The notes below the pieces were generated by a model, which saw only the letters and a program-made list of their open reading frames with translations, was not told where the DNA came from and did not search any database. Both the position numbers and the translations under genes were made by a program. Positions 37,676 to 50,415 of a DNA stretch of 64,000 nt are shown here, one piece after another. This DNA comes from Azolla caroliniana. Taxonomy: Eukaryota; Plantae; Polypodiophyta. The stretch spans positions 2,852,001 through 2,916,000 of the forward strand of contig JBHGNT010000007.1 of assembly GCA_043228905.1 (NCBI GenBank), given 5' to 3'. Each line of letters begins with the position of its first letter. The first letter of the stretch is position 1.

Positions 37676-39380
37676 TGTTATGCCCCTATTTTATGGTTGT
37701 GGCAAAACCACATGAAAACATGGTTGGGATAAAGAAAATTGGGACAAAAGATGATTTATATTATATGAAGATTCACGAGATACAAGGTTACAACAGTCCC
37801 AAGTTGGAACAAACCAAAAACGAGGTTGGGACAAGTGGGGAGGGATTAGAGCGCTTCAAAGGTTACAAGAGGAGAGATAAGAACTCAGAGTTCAATCAGC
37901 AAAATGAGGAGTAGCTTCTCCTTATATAAGCCAAGATATGGCCGTTGGGACTAGCTGTTGGGACTGGCTGTCCCAACCCAAGGTGGCGCCCCGTTTGGAA
38001 CAAGGACCGGGACTACGATTGGGTCCCTTGGTGAGTCCCAGTTCAGATTGGGATTGTGTCCCAATTGGGACAATACAGGAGCACCGGAGCACCACATTCA
38101 CCCGGGTAACGTGGAGCTTGAGTCCCATCAAGCTCACAAAACTGTCCCAAGAACCTTCGTGACTTGGGTTCACGCCTTGGTTCTTTTGAGTTGTTCTCAC
38201 TCACTTTGCCTTTGTCTTTGCTAGGCCTTTCTGCCTTCTTGGTCTAGCCTTCGATCTTCGGTCCATCATTAGTCCTCGAGCTACGCCGTCTCTCCAGGGG
38301 TTCTTCCTTGTGTTGGGACACCTCCCAATCATCAACCAGCTCTGCTACTTTGACCGCTTCTTCCAATGTTTTTGGCTCCATCTTTGCCACCTCTCTTTGC
38401 GTCAATGATCGAAGTCCATAGAGGAAGCCATGCATGCAATCTACATATTAGTATTTTGAAGCATCAATTTCCTATACTTGGAAATATAACTCTTGAGTTT
38501 CTCCGACACTTGAGTTAGATTTCTCCACTCATCTCTCAACTTAAAAGGTTCATTCCATGGAATGAAATACTCCCTTATCCTTCGCTTGAAATCCTCCCAA
38601 TCCTCGAACGGTCCCACTGCTCCAATAAGTACCAATTGTAGGCGTTGCTCTCGGGGTATTGGCTCACTACCTTTACCCATGCTCTTTTCACCTGACTTTG
38701 CTCCAAAAAACACTGCGTCACAGATCCACACTTGTTAAGCATCAAGGACTCCCTTCATCCCAACGTACGCCCTCGGGGGTACCGGCTTGTAGCTTCCAAA
38801 GTCATCTTCCTCCTTGACCCTTTCTCTTTGGCTCCTTGGTGAGCTTCCGTCCTTCAATTTCTCCATGAGGATTTCCACCAATTTGGCCAAAGTAATCTCC
38901 ACCCGGTTCCCTCTCGTCGGTGGCACCTCGATTGCTTCAGATTCCGAGTTTGATCTACTCTGCCCATCGCTATCTCTTTCTTTGGTCACCTTGTCCCGTC
39001 TCGGCATTGCGTCTTTTCCCAACTCGTGTTCCAAGTGTTATGCCTCTATTTTATGGGGTTCTGAAAACCACATGAAAACACGGATGGGACAAAGAAAATT
39101 GGGGCAAAAGATGAAGAGATACAAGCTTATAACAGTCCCAAGTTGGCACAAACAAAAAATAAGGCTGGGACGAGTCGGGACTCAGCCAAGATCCGTCGGG
39201 AAAACCTCCCAAAAAGATGTTGAGGGACTAGAGCGCTTCAAAGGTTACAAGAGGAGATATAGGCCAAGATATGGCCGTTGGGTAGTCCGTTGGGACTGGC
39301 CGTCCCAACCCAGGGTGGCACCCCTATTGGGACATGGATTGGGATTGAGTCCCTTGGTGAGTCCCACTTCTGATTGGGAG
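37676..39380 (-). mobile_element. Non-autonomous Gypsy-type LTR element: LTR - degenerate gag - LTR, no pol
   Basis: Direct repeats starting TGTTATGCC at 37676 and 39036. Between them, a retrotransposon gag with stops: WEDFKRRIREYFIP, LRDEWRNLTQ...SYISKY, FLYGLR...PKTLEEAVKVA. Degenerate PBS-like tggaacacgag next to the 39036 LTR, whose outer end is truncated. Confidence 0.82.
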
Positions 39381-39963
39381 TCCATGTTACACTACTATGC
39401 TCCAAAAAGTTCATGATTCTTGTGTGATTATTTTTGAGGTTCTCATTTTCATATTGGTTCTCTGTAAATGTCAAGGCCAGATTTCGGAAGGTAGGATTCA
39501 AACCTTGAAAACCAATTATAGTTGCTAACGCACAATATGAAAGCAGTGCCTATTCAATGTATAAGAGAGCAAGTTTTGACCTCACCATTTTATTATATTA
39601 AACATGCATGTCTATGTTGTGGTAGACTCCTTGCATTGCAACCGTAAGGATGTGAATTCAAAGTCATACAAAGAGAGAGTCCATGTTACACTACTATGCT
39701 CCAAAAAGTTCATGATTCTTGTGTGATTATTTTTGAGGTTCTCATTTTCATATTGGTTCACTGTAAATGTCAAGGCCAGATTTCAGAAGGTAGGATTCAA
39801 ACCTTGAAAACCAATTATAGTTGCTAACGCACAATATGAAAACAATGCCTATTCAATGTATAAGAGAGCAAGTTTTGACCTCACCATTTTATTATATTAA
39901 ACACGCATGTCTATGTTGTGGTAGACTCCGTGCATTGCAACCGTAAGGATGTGAATTCAAAGC
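39378..39963. repeat. Near-perfect tandem duplication, period about 299 bp
   Basis: gagtccatgttacactactatgctcc...gtgaattcaaag at 39378 and 39677. Confidence 0.93.
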
Positions 39964-41549
39964 TGTTGAAATATGGTTACTATTAGGTCATGCTTTCAAC
40001 ACTAGAATCATGCAGAGTGATGTGTTATGAACATCTCTCTTCTATATTACAAAGTGAGTTGGGTTGCATTTTATCAATACCATGTCTATGTTGGTCCAAT
40101 CATCAACTACTTTTAAAGTTTTATGGCAAGAGGCAACATTTGCAACTTGCATGTTGGTACATAAGATTTCATGAATCTATCACTTTTGGAAAACTAATTT
40201 TTGAAGTTACCATGTTTTAGGCCAATTAGTGTTGTGTATGAAGTTGAATGGTATATTTGTGTTTGACTACTCTCATGTGACCTTTGAACCAAAAATCTAT
40301 GTTATATGTTGACACAAACGTACCATCACTTCATCATTTACATGAATGCTGAAGTTTCCAAGCTATGGCAACAATCATTCATGGCCATACTATGATCATT
40401 TTAGGTTTTTCACCATGGTAGAGGGTAATGCTTGAAACCAACCTAGAACATGGGCATAAGTGTGATAATATCATCACATGGAATCTTGAGCATGCTTAAA
40501 GCCAATACCATGATTGTTCAAATGAAGTGAAGCTTATCCATAAGGCCATTAAGATTAATTGGTTGATGGATCTAGATTCTAGGCCAAACATTGTCTAAAG
40601 ACATTGTCTCATCAATTGGGTAGAATTGATGTGCTAGATTTTAGGCCAAACGATGTGTGAAGGCCTTGTGTGATCAATTGGGTACAAGGGGATGTAGTTA
40701 AGACCAAGTACATGATACATCAATGTGATGCACTACTTCATCCAGTGGAAGTCACAAATTTGAGTGCCTTGTCTACCTCCTTCATCTTGTGAGGATAAGC
40801 TAGATCATTGTTTAAACCACTTAGGTTTAGAACTTGGTACCCTATTTACGTAGTGCGAAATTTCTTTTTTTGTCACACTTGACTAAGGTTGGATGTACTA
40901 AAGTTTCATATGCCTGGAGTTGGAAGTTATCCTTATATAGTACAATGATTTGTAGTATTGTTATTCTTTTACCAAAACTATAAATAAGGGTTCATATGGG
41001 ACCTTAACTAATATGGCATTTGCCACCGCTTAGTGTTTACTCTACTTCTCACTCTTGCTCTCAAATTTCACTCATGCTGTTTTTGATATTGTGAATGTAA
41101 AATAATAGTTTATTCTTTTCCCTCTAAGCCTTTAAAGTTACAAGTTGCCTCTTTGTTCAAGTCACTCATGACGTGTGAATACGTGCCAAAACACTCTTAT
41201 GGTTTTGCCAAATTTCTCATAAAATCAATCTACACATGTAATCCTATACATAATTCAACAAGAGGCGCCATCAAAACATTGTATCGATGTTTCTAGGCAT
41301 GTTTATAAATCTCAATTTTACATCAGGTCATGAGTCATGACTTTAGGTTCTATAGTATGGTACTTTAATTGTAGTCATGGTTGAGCATCACAACCAAAGC
41401 TATGAAGATTGTAGAATAAAAAGAAACATGAAATAGGAGTATTTGGTGGAGACACGTTTCTTTTGTGAGCACCATCGAAGATTTTATAAATTTTTGTAGA
41501 AAATAGGAGCGTAAAATAGAAGAACCATGTATTAAAAACATGTTTTAAC

Positions 41550-41733
41550 AATATACCATGTAAGCGAACTTACACATCCCGCTAAATGATCACTTATAGA
41601 TCCATGAGGTTACCTTGTTTCAAAATTAGAGTGGCTCGAGCATTTCCTTAATATACCATGTAAACAAATTTACACATCCCCACAAATGATCACTTATAGA
41701 TTCATGAGGTTACCCTGTTGCCAAATTAGAGTG
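41550..41733. repeat. Tandem duplication, period about 100 bp
   Basis: aatataccatgtaa...tacacatccc...aaatgatcacttataga...aaattagagtgg occurs twice. Confidence 0.85.
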
Positions 41734-42224
41734 GTTGCTTGGCTTGTACCCTTGAAGGGTTAAAAATATTAACATTGTGTTGAGTACATGTTCCTCACCT
41801 CTTATTCATGCAACCAAACTTGGCATTATTGTAGATGGGTCATGTTGTTAGACTTCTGCAATAACAAACTAATGTTGATGGCCCAATCTTCGAAGCCATG
41901 AAATTGCTTTAGATCCATGATCCTATGGTGAATCATTTATTTTTATTTTTACTTTTTTTGGCGGGACATGGTTCTTCTAAGTTCATCCCAATATTGGAGG
42001 AGTTGAGAGAGTCCACGGTCTTCATTTCGAAGCATTGCTTGAGTTTTTGAGTGAAAACATGATTGAACTACGGATCGTGTTGTAGGCAATCTTGTTATAC
42101 AACAAAACGCTTGACCTCCAAGGGTTTGTAACCAATCATAACTTCATTTTTAGTCCAATAGTCGATGTTTTTCATATTTGAATAATGATAAAACATATAT
42201 AATTTATAGTCATGTTCTTGCTTT

Positions 42225-42675
42225 TCTTTTCTTTTTTCCAAAAACAAAACTCCTTCCATTAGTTATAAATTTTTACAATTGAGAATGTTATATACAAATC
42301 CTAGAAGGGACTCGATGGTTCCATCTTATGTGGAGACCTATTGACTAAAGAAAGAGGGAGGACGACCATTGTTGGATGAAGGTTAATCATTGTCTTTCGG
42401 CTCCATCTAATCCGCCTGTGATGCCATCATATTGGCTCTTTAGTGTGGGCCGTGGCTACAACTTCACTCCATATCTCCTACAGTAATGTTGCCTGATGAA
42501 CAGTTTGGTTGGAGAATACCTACCTACAACGTAGTTTCCTGAGAGTTCAGTGTTATTGGGTTGACTAATTCCAACACAACTTGAGCTTTGACATTGATGG
42601 GAGTTGAGTGGATATTGTCGGTTGTGGAAAACGAGATCTCTTGTGTCTTTATCACCAATGTCACCCCCTCCTACT
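42225..42675 (-). mobile_element. 5'-truncated LINE family B 3' fragment with about 18-bp TSD
   Basis: Homologous to 45830-46262. tagtcatgttcttgcttt (42207-42224) vs tagttatgttcttgcttt (42726-42743). Confidence 0.82.
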
Positions 42676-45600
42676 AATGTTCGTAGTTATGTTCTTTTTT
42701 TTTCCCAAAAACGTAGTTATGTTCTTAGTTATGTTCTTGCTTTACTCGAGATGTAACTTGTGTAAAAAAAGACATTGTTCTTGCCATTAGCATTATACCA
42801 AATTAGGCGTATTCATTGGTTTGGATGATAAAACATTGAATGTCCAAAAATAAATGTGATACTTAAACTTAACATATGGAAGAATTCAACTTCAAAAACA
42901 TAATCTTTTTCTGCATGTTGAATCATTACTTGATTCATGGATATATAGTCTAAAGTTCTAGAGTGATACCATGCTTGAAATCTAGTTCATATCTTAAAAA
43001 AACATATATTTATTAAACACAAGTCTCAATTGTAAAATATGCGCGAAAATGAGAGTGATTTGCACCAACATAAGGAATATTATATTTCAAACTCAACTAA
43101 TTTGATTCTTCTAAGTGAAGGTTTCCTCAATACTTCAATTTATATTCTTCATATGGCTCTTAACCTCATTGGCATGTTCTATCAATAGTCTTCATTGCCC
43201 TTTTTGACAAAATGTTGGAGAAGTCCGTTCATGTTATATGGAAAGGGAAATCATAGAAGTAGTATCATGTATGAGAGTTTGTTATATATATGTACATGGT
43301 CACAACTTAGTATTTAATAAGGTTGTCCTAGACATGGTTAGTGGCAATATTGAATGGAACATGGAGGTCATCTATTATTTATTATATTGACAAGGTTTAT
43401 ATAGCTTTTTTGTAATTGCAGTTTGGCATTTTACTCCAACTACTTGTAAGATATTATAAACCCTTATTGATGGAGAATGTTGTGAATTATTAAACTCTTC
43501 TAAGAATAAGAATAGGAGAGCCCTTAGATCTAAAGAAAGGATAATATTAATAAGCATTATTTTAACCACATTATCACACATTCACCTTGTCATAACTTGA
43601 AGGAAACTATAATTGCGTAGGACTCGATTCAAATCATGTGATGACGACTTCGGCATTTGACTCTTGCACAATCAATCGTGTTTTTTCAATGGCCACAATC
43701 ACAATAACATTTTTAGTGAACCGAAAGCAACTTTGAGATAATCTTAACTAATTCTATAACTGTGGTAGATCTAAGATAGATGAAATGCTAAATATAATTG
43801 TGAACTATGCATCATTTCTTTGTAGGTTTTGATCCTAGAAACAAGATCTTGGGTGAGATCATGTACCATTGAAAATGGGATCCTCCAACAATCTTTGTTG
43901 TTCCGTTGACCTTATAATAAACCCCCTTAAAAAAACTAGCTTGTGATCTTTGAAATTTGAAAAATTGCATACATTCAGTATTGACTTTCAAAGTTAGTTT
44001 TTATTTTTGAATACTAAGGAGAACTACAATAAGCCTATATGGAACTGTTATGCCCACATGCCATTTATACATTAAGTACTATGTGTGTGCTCATTAGACA
44101 TGTGGCTACCTTGCTTGGGATACCTTGTGCATTTCTTAGTGTTCGTAGACCATACATTGACTCCTAAACTACTTGCGCACATGCTTCTACATGTGCCATG
44201 ACTGTATGTTTGAATTGCAATGCCTCAAAAAGTCTTCAATTTCCGACTAAATTTTGGTTGAATGCCTAATGGATGGACAATATGCCCCACACTAGATGAA
44301 ATGCTCAAACAAAATAAAGCTTTTTAATTATTTTGGTTAAATTTGGATTAGAAGTTTCCACACATGATATCTATGTGTATAGTGGTAGCTACTTGCTCTC
44401 ATTTCAATGCTTACATAAAGGCATATCTCATGTTATGCAATGTTTGAGATGATTTGTCCACCTCAATTATATGTACGGTGTACCTATATAGAAAATATAA
44501 AACATAAGACAATACCATATGGAAAATGGACCAAGGAATGTTACTCTAGAGGATAAAACACATGAACAATAAAATTATAAAAACATTAGATATATCATCT
44601 TATCGGTTGATAAACTCTTTTGAATTGTCTTGAGGTGTTGTATTACGTACAAATTACAATAATGTCAAGGAAAGCAATATCAAACATTGTGCCAAATGCC
44701 CAATCTAGCATAAATGACATCCTTGACATGTGGCAACAAGAATCATCGTGTATCATTCCACATAATTTTGTACATCAATTTCTGGTAATGGATACAAAAT
44801 AGTTATTCGTGCTTTTGTTGTGGTATATGAAGTTATAAGTCAATTTCCATCTCAAAGAAGGTCATCTTTATAAATTATGAACTTTCAGCAAAAGGATGTT
44901 AGCCTTCACATCATCTTGCTTCCACGATCACCAACTTGAAATTATACCAAGTGTCTTGAAATTTCAGCATGCACATGTACACACCACATACAAGGATATT
45001 TACAGCTAACAGAGTCATAAAGAAAAAGGATACCTCTAACAGAAAAAGGGTTGGTCTTATTAGGAACTTCACAAAAGGGAAAATGCCTCAACACATAGAG
45101 CCTCTGGGGACCAAACCTTCTCTGCTTTAAACATGAATGCATAAAGGGCTCTAACCTAATCGAAACTTCCTCACTTTTGTACACCTTCGTAAAGAGAGAA
45201 TGAAACAATGCCTTGCATAATATCTTAAATTAATGTATAGATTCATTCAATAACTAGGTTCGTAATAAAAGTGTAAAATTTTTTTCATTAAATTACCATT
45301 TGATATCAAAATTTAACCAAACAATGAGAATTTAAGAAATGTATTTACATCATCTAGCAGGATCTTTCAAATGCAATGTCATGATGTTTGACACATAGAA
45401 TATTTGTAAGCAAGCATTATTATGTTCATTTGTTTGTGAGAGAACAATGGATGTCTTGTTGTTAAAAGATTACGCATTGAAGAAAATGAGTGTGCATTTG
45501 CATTGAAAAATTATACCCAAATTTTGGAAGATAAGCATAACAAAGTTTCCATGGGGAAGTTTTGTGTAACACTCCCTATACATTTCACAAAATGTGTCAT

Positions 45601-45826
45601 TCACTCTACATGCACATACTTTTGCTCTTTAGTTAATGACTGTTTTGTACATGAATATTATTGGATCGTAAAAATATTTGTGTATAGTTGTGTTCACATG
45701 CCAATTAATTAAGGCCACTATATTGATACTTCCATTGTCATGACAACATTATTCTTGAGATAGTCATGTGAAACCTTGATGTGACTGTGTGACCTAAGGC
45801 CACATTCCATTTGGAACACTCTTTTG

Positions 45827-46638
45827 TTTTTTTTTTCCAAAAAAAAACTCCTTCCATTAGTTATAAAATTTTACAAATGAGACGATTATGTACAAATCCC
45901 TGAAGGGACACGATAGTTCCATCTTATGTGGATGCCCACTGACTCAAGAAAGGGAGATGACGACCATTGTTGGATGAAGGCTATTCGTTGTCTTTATCCC
46001 TCGGAGCCGCCCTTAAGGCCATCATGTTGGCTCTTCAGAGTGGCTACAATTTTACTCCATATCTCTTGTAGTAACCTAGTTGGATGTGCGGTTTGGTTGG
46101 AGAATACTCGCTTACATCGTTGTTTCTGTAGAATCGAAAGAGTTATTGGGCTGACCAATTCCAACACCTCTTGAGATTTGTCATTAAGAGGAGTGGAGTG
46201 GACATTGCCGTTGGAGGAGAAAAAGACCTCTTGTGCTTTTATCACCAAAGTCATCCCCTCCTCCTGATGCTCGTATCTGCCAATTGCGGCCTGCCATGAT
46301 AGCCAACATATATTTCCCCACTTGATTGAGCCTTGCACTTGGCATAATTGCAACAAGCGGCCAACCCTCCGCCATATTCGATGGGACATTGGGCAGTCCC
46401 ACAAAGCGTGTCATATATGATTCTACTGCATGTGGACACTCTACACAATTAGGAGAGCTAAGGTTCCCACATTGCCATGCTCCCATCGGTAGGGACTTAT
46501 GTATTAATAGCCATCGGAACATGGTAATTCGCCTCACGTGTTGTTGTTTCCAAATTTTTTGCCAAAACTTGGTGATTATTGTGGGAAGAACTTGAAATGT
46601 GTGCCAAGACCTTCGCAGCAGCCGACTCTCGGGCGGTT
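45827..46638 (-). mobile_element. LINE family B 3' fragment
   Basis: FRWLLIHKSLP...CVECP, WDCPMSHRIW, EIWSKIVATLKSQHDGL. Same 3' end as the copies at 21887 and 42225. Confidence 0.85.
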
Positions 46639-49600
46639 ATCTTACTGATGAAGTTCCAATACAAAATTGAAAACACTCCTTAAATGGTAAGATATATGTT
46701 TTGCAAGGCATTAGATTATTGTAAGGATTATCTACATTCATGACCATATCAAAGTCATAACAATGGGCTTTTGTTGTGCGTTTTCTAGTAATATTGACCC
46801 TTGCATTCACATTCTTCTAGAAAAATTGTATACCTTAAGCATACCTTGCATGGACTATCATTAATGGAGAATGTCAAAGTTGTGAAATGTTAACAAATTA
46901 TATCTAATGTACATTATAAAACTTTTTCCCAATACAAAATTGAAACTAATATAGACCTAAAACACTAATTGATGTTGTCATTAGAAGAATGTCGTTAACT
47001 TAAAAGTTAAAACCATGATAGTAGAACCACAAGACAAAGTGATCTCATCCTTTGACTTTCATTTTCCTTACTCAACCATAAAATAATACTTTCAAGTAAC
47101 GGTAAACAACAAAGAAACCTCGCCTTTTGGAATTTCCAACATGACTCTATCCTTATCAACATGCCATCAATGCGATATTTTGTGATGATTAAGAAGATGA
47201 ATCCAAATTGAAAAAATAAATGTTTTTGAGCAATTATCTTATCTTAAATGTTGGTTTCAACCGTTCACAATCCAAAAATAAAAAATGTGAGCTTGCATTT
47301 TTGCCATAAAGAGGATATATACAATATTTGCTTGATATCTTCATGCACATGAACAATTTGTATTTTCACACAAATTCAACAATATACATTTGTTGAGTCA
47401 AACACTCACGAATAAATGATGGACAACTACAATCAAATTGAGCACATTTCATGACTCTCTCCAAGGTGGAAAGTTCTAGGGAGAAACAATAACTTACATT
47501 TCATTTTTAACTACTTTACTTGGTTCAAGAATAAGACTTTTGTTTGGTGGCTATCTTTAGATATTCGACCTTTTCCTCAAGACGAACTACCTCAAATCCT
47601 TGTCAGTGTCGTATCTTATGATACAAGTACGTTGGATAAAGTCACATATGCATGGAATCTATATATAGCTACATTTATAATATTGTTTTGAGAAATAATC
47701 TACATACACTCAATCATAAACTCAAACCAATAAATGCGACAAATGTTTTATGCTAATTGGGGGAAACGTTGAACCAAGAATTGGATGGGTGGTTGGCATG
47801 AGGAAGACGTACGACAATTGATAATTCTCCCCTCTTGAAATTTGTGATACACAACATCAAGATTTCAAGTTTGCAAAGCAGAATAAGTTATTTGGATGGG
47901 TTTCAATGACATGTTAATCCAATGATGTTTTATGACTAAAATTTCTTAGTAAGTAGAATCTCAAATATGCAAAGGGGTGACAAGAAATAAACAAGTACTA
48001 AAGGAGGTGGTGGTGGGTAAGGTATATCATGAGATAATGCGAGGTTGGATGGGATGCGTCCAGGTTGTCATTAGACCTCAGAAGTGACTCAAGATGCAAA
48101 GCAAATGCTAAGTCTCATGAGGAGTTTACAACATCAAAGCTTTTGTAGAATGAGGAAACCTTGGACTTTTAATGGACCAATAAAATACTCATAAGCACTA
48201 CTTAAGTGATATAGATAGGGAATTATTCTGTTACTCCATACTCATATTTTAGCATTATGTCACAACCTTCAAACTTTTTTGTGGAACCTTAATAAACCTA
48301 AATTTGTGTTTTAAGAGAGAAAATACAATCATGAAAGGGTTCCCCTTGCACATAGCATTCATATGAACTAGAAAGTTAGAATGATTTTCCTCTACGTGTT
48401 GTCATAAGCTTACATGGAGGGGTTTTCCTTATTGTAGTGAACGGGCTGGCCGTAAACTTTACATTTTATAAAGACATTACTAGTTTGAATCAAGAAAATG
48501 AGTTTTCTAACGGGAATGTAAATCCTAGCCTTGATTATGGCTGGAAACATGATATATTTGTGCATGACACACTATCCATCACAAAAGTCCTTCAATTTCC
48601 CTCGAAGAAGACAAGCGATTAGCTAACTAGAATCCTCCACCTAGATTGGTCCATTGACCAAATTAATAATTCATAAAACCCAATATCGTCAACACTGAGG
48701 CTTTTGAAAGACTCTCGAAGAGTTTGAAAATGTTGATGAAGTTCAAGAGTAATAATGATCACCACAATAGAAATATTGTGATGCATAATGAGGAATATAA
48801 TTGAAAATTATTAATTCCCAAATCTATATATTTAGCATGTAGTGAAGATTTCATATTGAAAATCAAAGGTTCCTTTTCTTACAATTGAAGGAATTAAATG
48901 ACCTCATTGAACATACAAACAAGGATTTCAAATTGTCATAGACGAACGAATCCACTTCGTATACATGTGTTTATTCTTGCCAACCCTCCGAAAGTGTAGA
49001 ACATAACCATCGCTTATGAGGGAGTGTTGGTCAATGCCTATGGTTTGATGGCTACCTTTCGGTGCTTGTGACATGAGAATATAACCATATCTCATTCATT
49101 CCTCTTCGTCGTTTTTGAACTAAAAAACACTACATTTCTAAAAGGGTCTTAGGATTGGAGCTCCCTAAGGGTATGCTCCAATATACATAAGTTAATATCG
49201 AAGATGGGATTTCTTCAAAGGATGCATCCCACACTCACTTGTCCCTCTCTCACTACAAAAGAAGAAGAAGACATCACAACATTGAGCTTATATTATGAGT
49301 AGAATACACAACATACATTATTGTTGCAATGAGACTAAGGCCTTAATTGGTTATAACATAAAGCTAATATAGAAAGGCTCCTTGCTAATTTGGTTTGCCT
49401 TCAATCTCTCTATTTATTCCTTGTTTGCCCTTAAATAACTTCATCGATATTTGATTCCCCATGATTGAAGCAATAACCTCTCATAGGATTATCAATCTTT
49501 CCACATTTAGTGTTTTAACTACATATTTTGTAGAGACCCAATGAGCCTCGAGGGCTATACAATACCAAATGCATATATCTTCATTGCCCACCACCCACAT

Positions 49601-50271
49601 TCTCGTGTGGTATGGTGCACACCGAACACATTGTAATAGAACTGAAGTGCATATATTTCACAGTGAAATGACACGAGAGGTCAGAGAGTAATAGGTGATA
49701 CTGATACAAGATGTGCCGATGTAATATCTTTGCCTCGGGGGGTGTATTCCTCGGGTCGTGTGAGGATGTGTAAGAAAAAGAAAGAAAGAAAGAAAGAAAG
49801 AAATATGTTAACGGACGTCTAAGATTAAAATTAGCCCATGAGACAATTGGTTTACAACAAAAATGGGGTGTTTACCCAATCAAGAGAGGACTAAGGCGGC
49901 GTGGCTTGTATATTTAATCCGGGAGAGCAAGCCAGGTGGGGGGGGGGGGGGGGGTATATATTTCGGGCATGCAAGGCATTCCGGGGGGAGTATTTTTCGG
50001 ACGGGAGGGACAACGAAGGGAAGGGTCGTCCAAAGATAGCGGGGTTGTGGTCAAGAGCTAATAAGGTTATTAAACAATTAAAAGTCAAGTGAAGAAGTAA
50101 AGGGGGGGGGGGGGGGAGAGGGCCAAAGGTAGTGGAGGTCTAATATTGTAATTTTGTAAAAGAAAGGGATTAAATAAGTAAACTCGGAGAATGAAATAAA
50201 TAAAGACCGTAAATAATAATAATTATAAATAAATAATAATACTAATAATAATAGGACCCCAGAAAAAGGAA

Positions 50272-50309
<38 letters not shown>

Positions 50310-50320
50310 GGAATTTTTAA

Positions 50321-50400
50321 CCTCCTCTCTGCAGAAGCGCCGCCGCCATCGCCGCCGCCTCTTCTCTGCAGAAGCGCCGCCGCCATCGCCATCGCCGCCG
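50321..50400 (+). repeat. 37-bp GC-rich direct repeat in the ALA1 5' leader, preceded by (GA)n and G-runs
   Basis: ctctgcagaagcgccgccgccatcgcc occurs twice. (GA)n at about 50275-50306. Poly-G at about 49937-49954 and 50102-50116. Confidence 0.8.
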
Positions 50401-50415
50401 GCTCTCTCCCTCTCC

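Noticed and set aside
43500-49400. AT-rich stretches that may be very old DNA-transposon remnants (likewise 28100-30400, 40000-41500 and 62300-64000)
   Set aside because: No recognisable transposase motif, terminal inverted repeat or TSD by eye (the LINE at 45827 excepted). A repeat-library or HMM search is needed.
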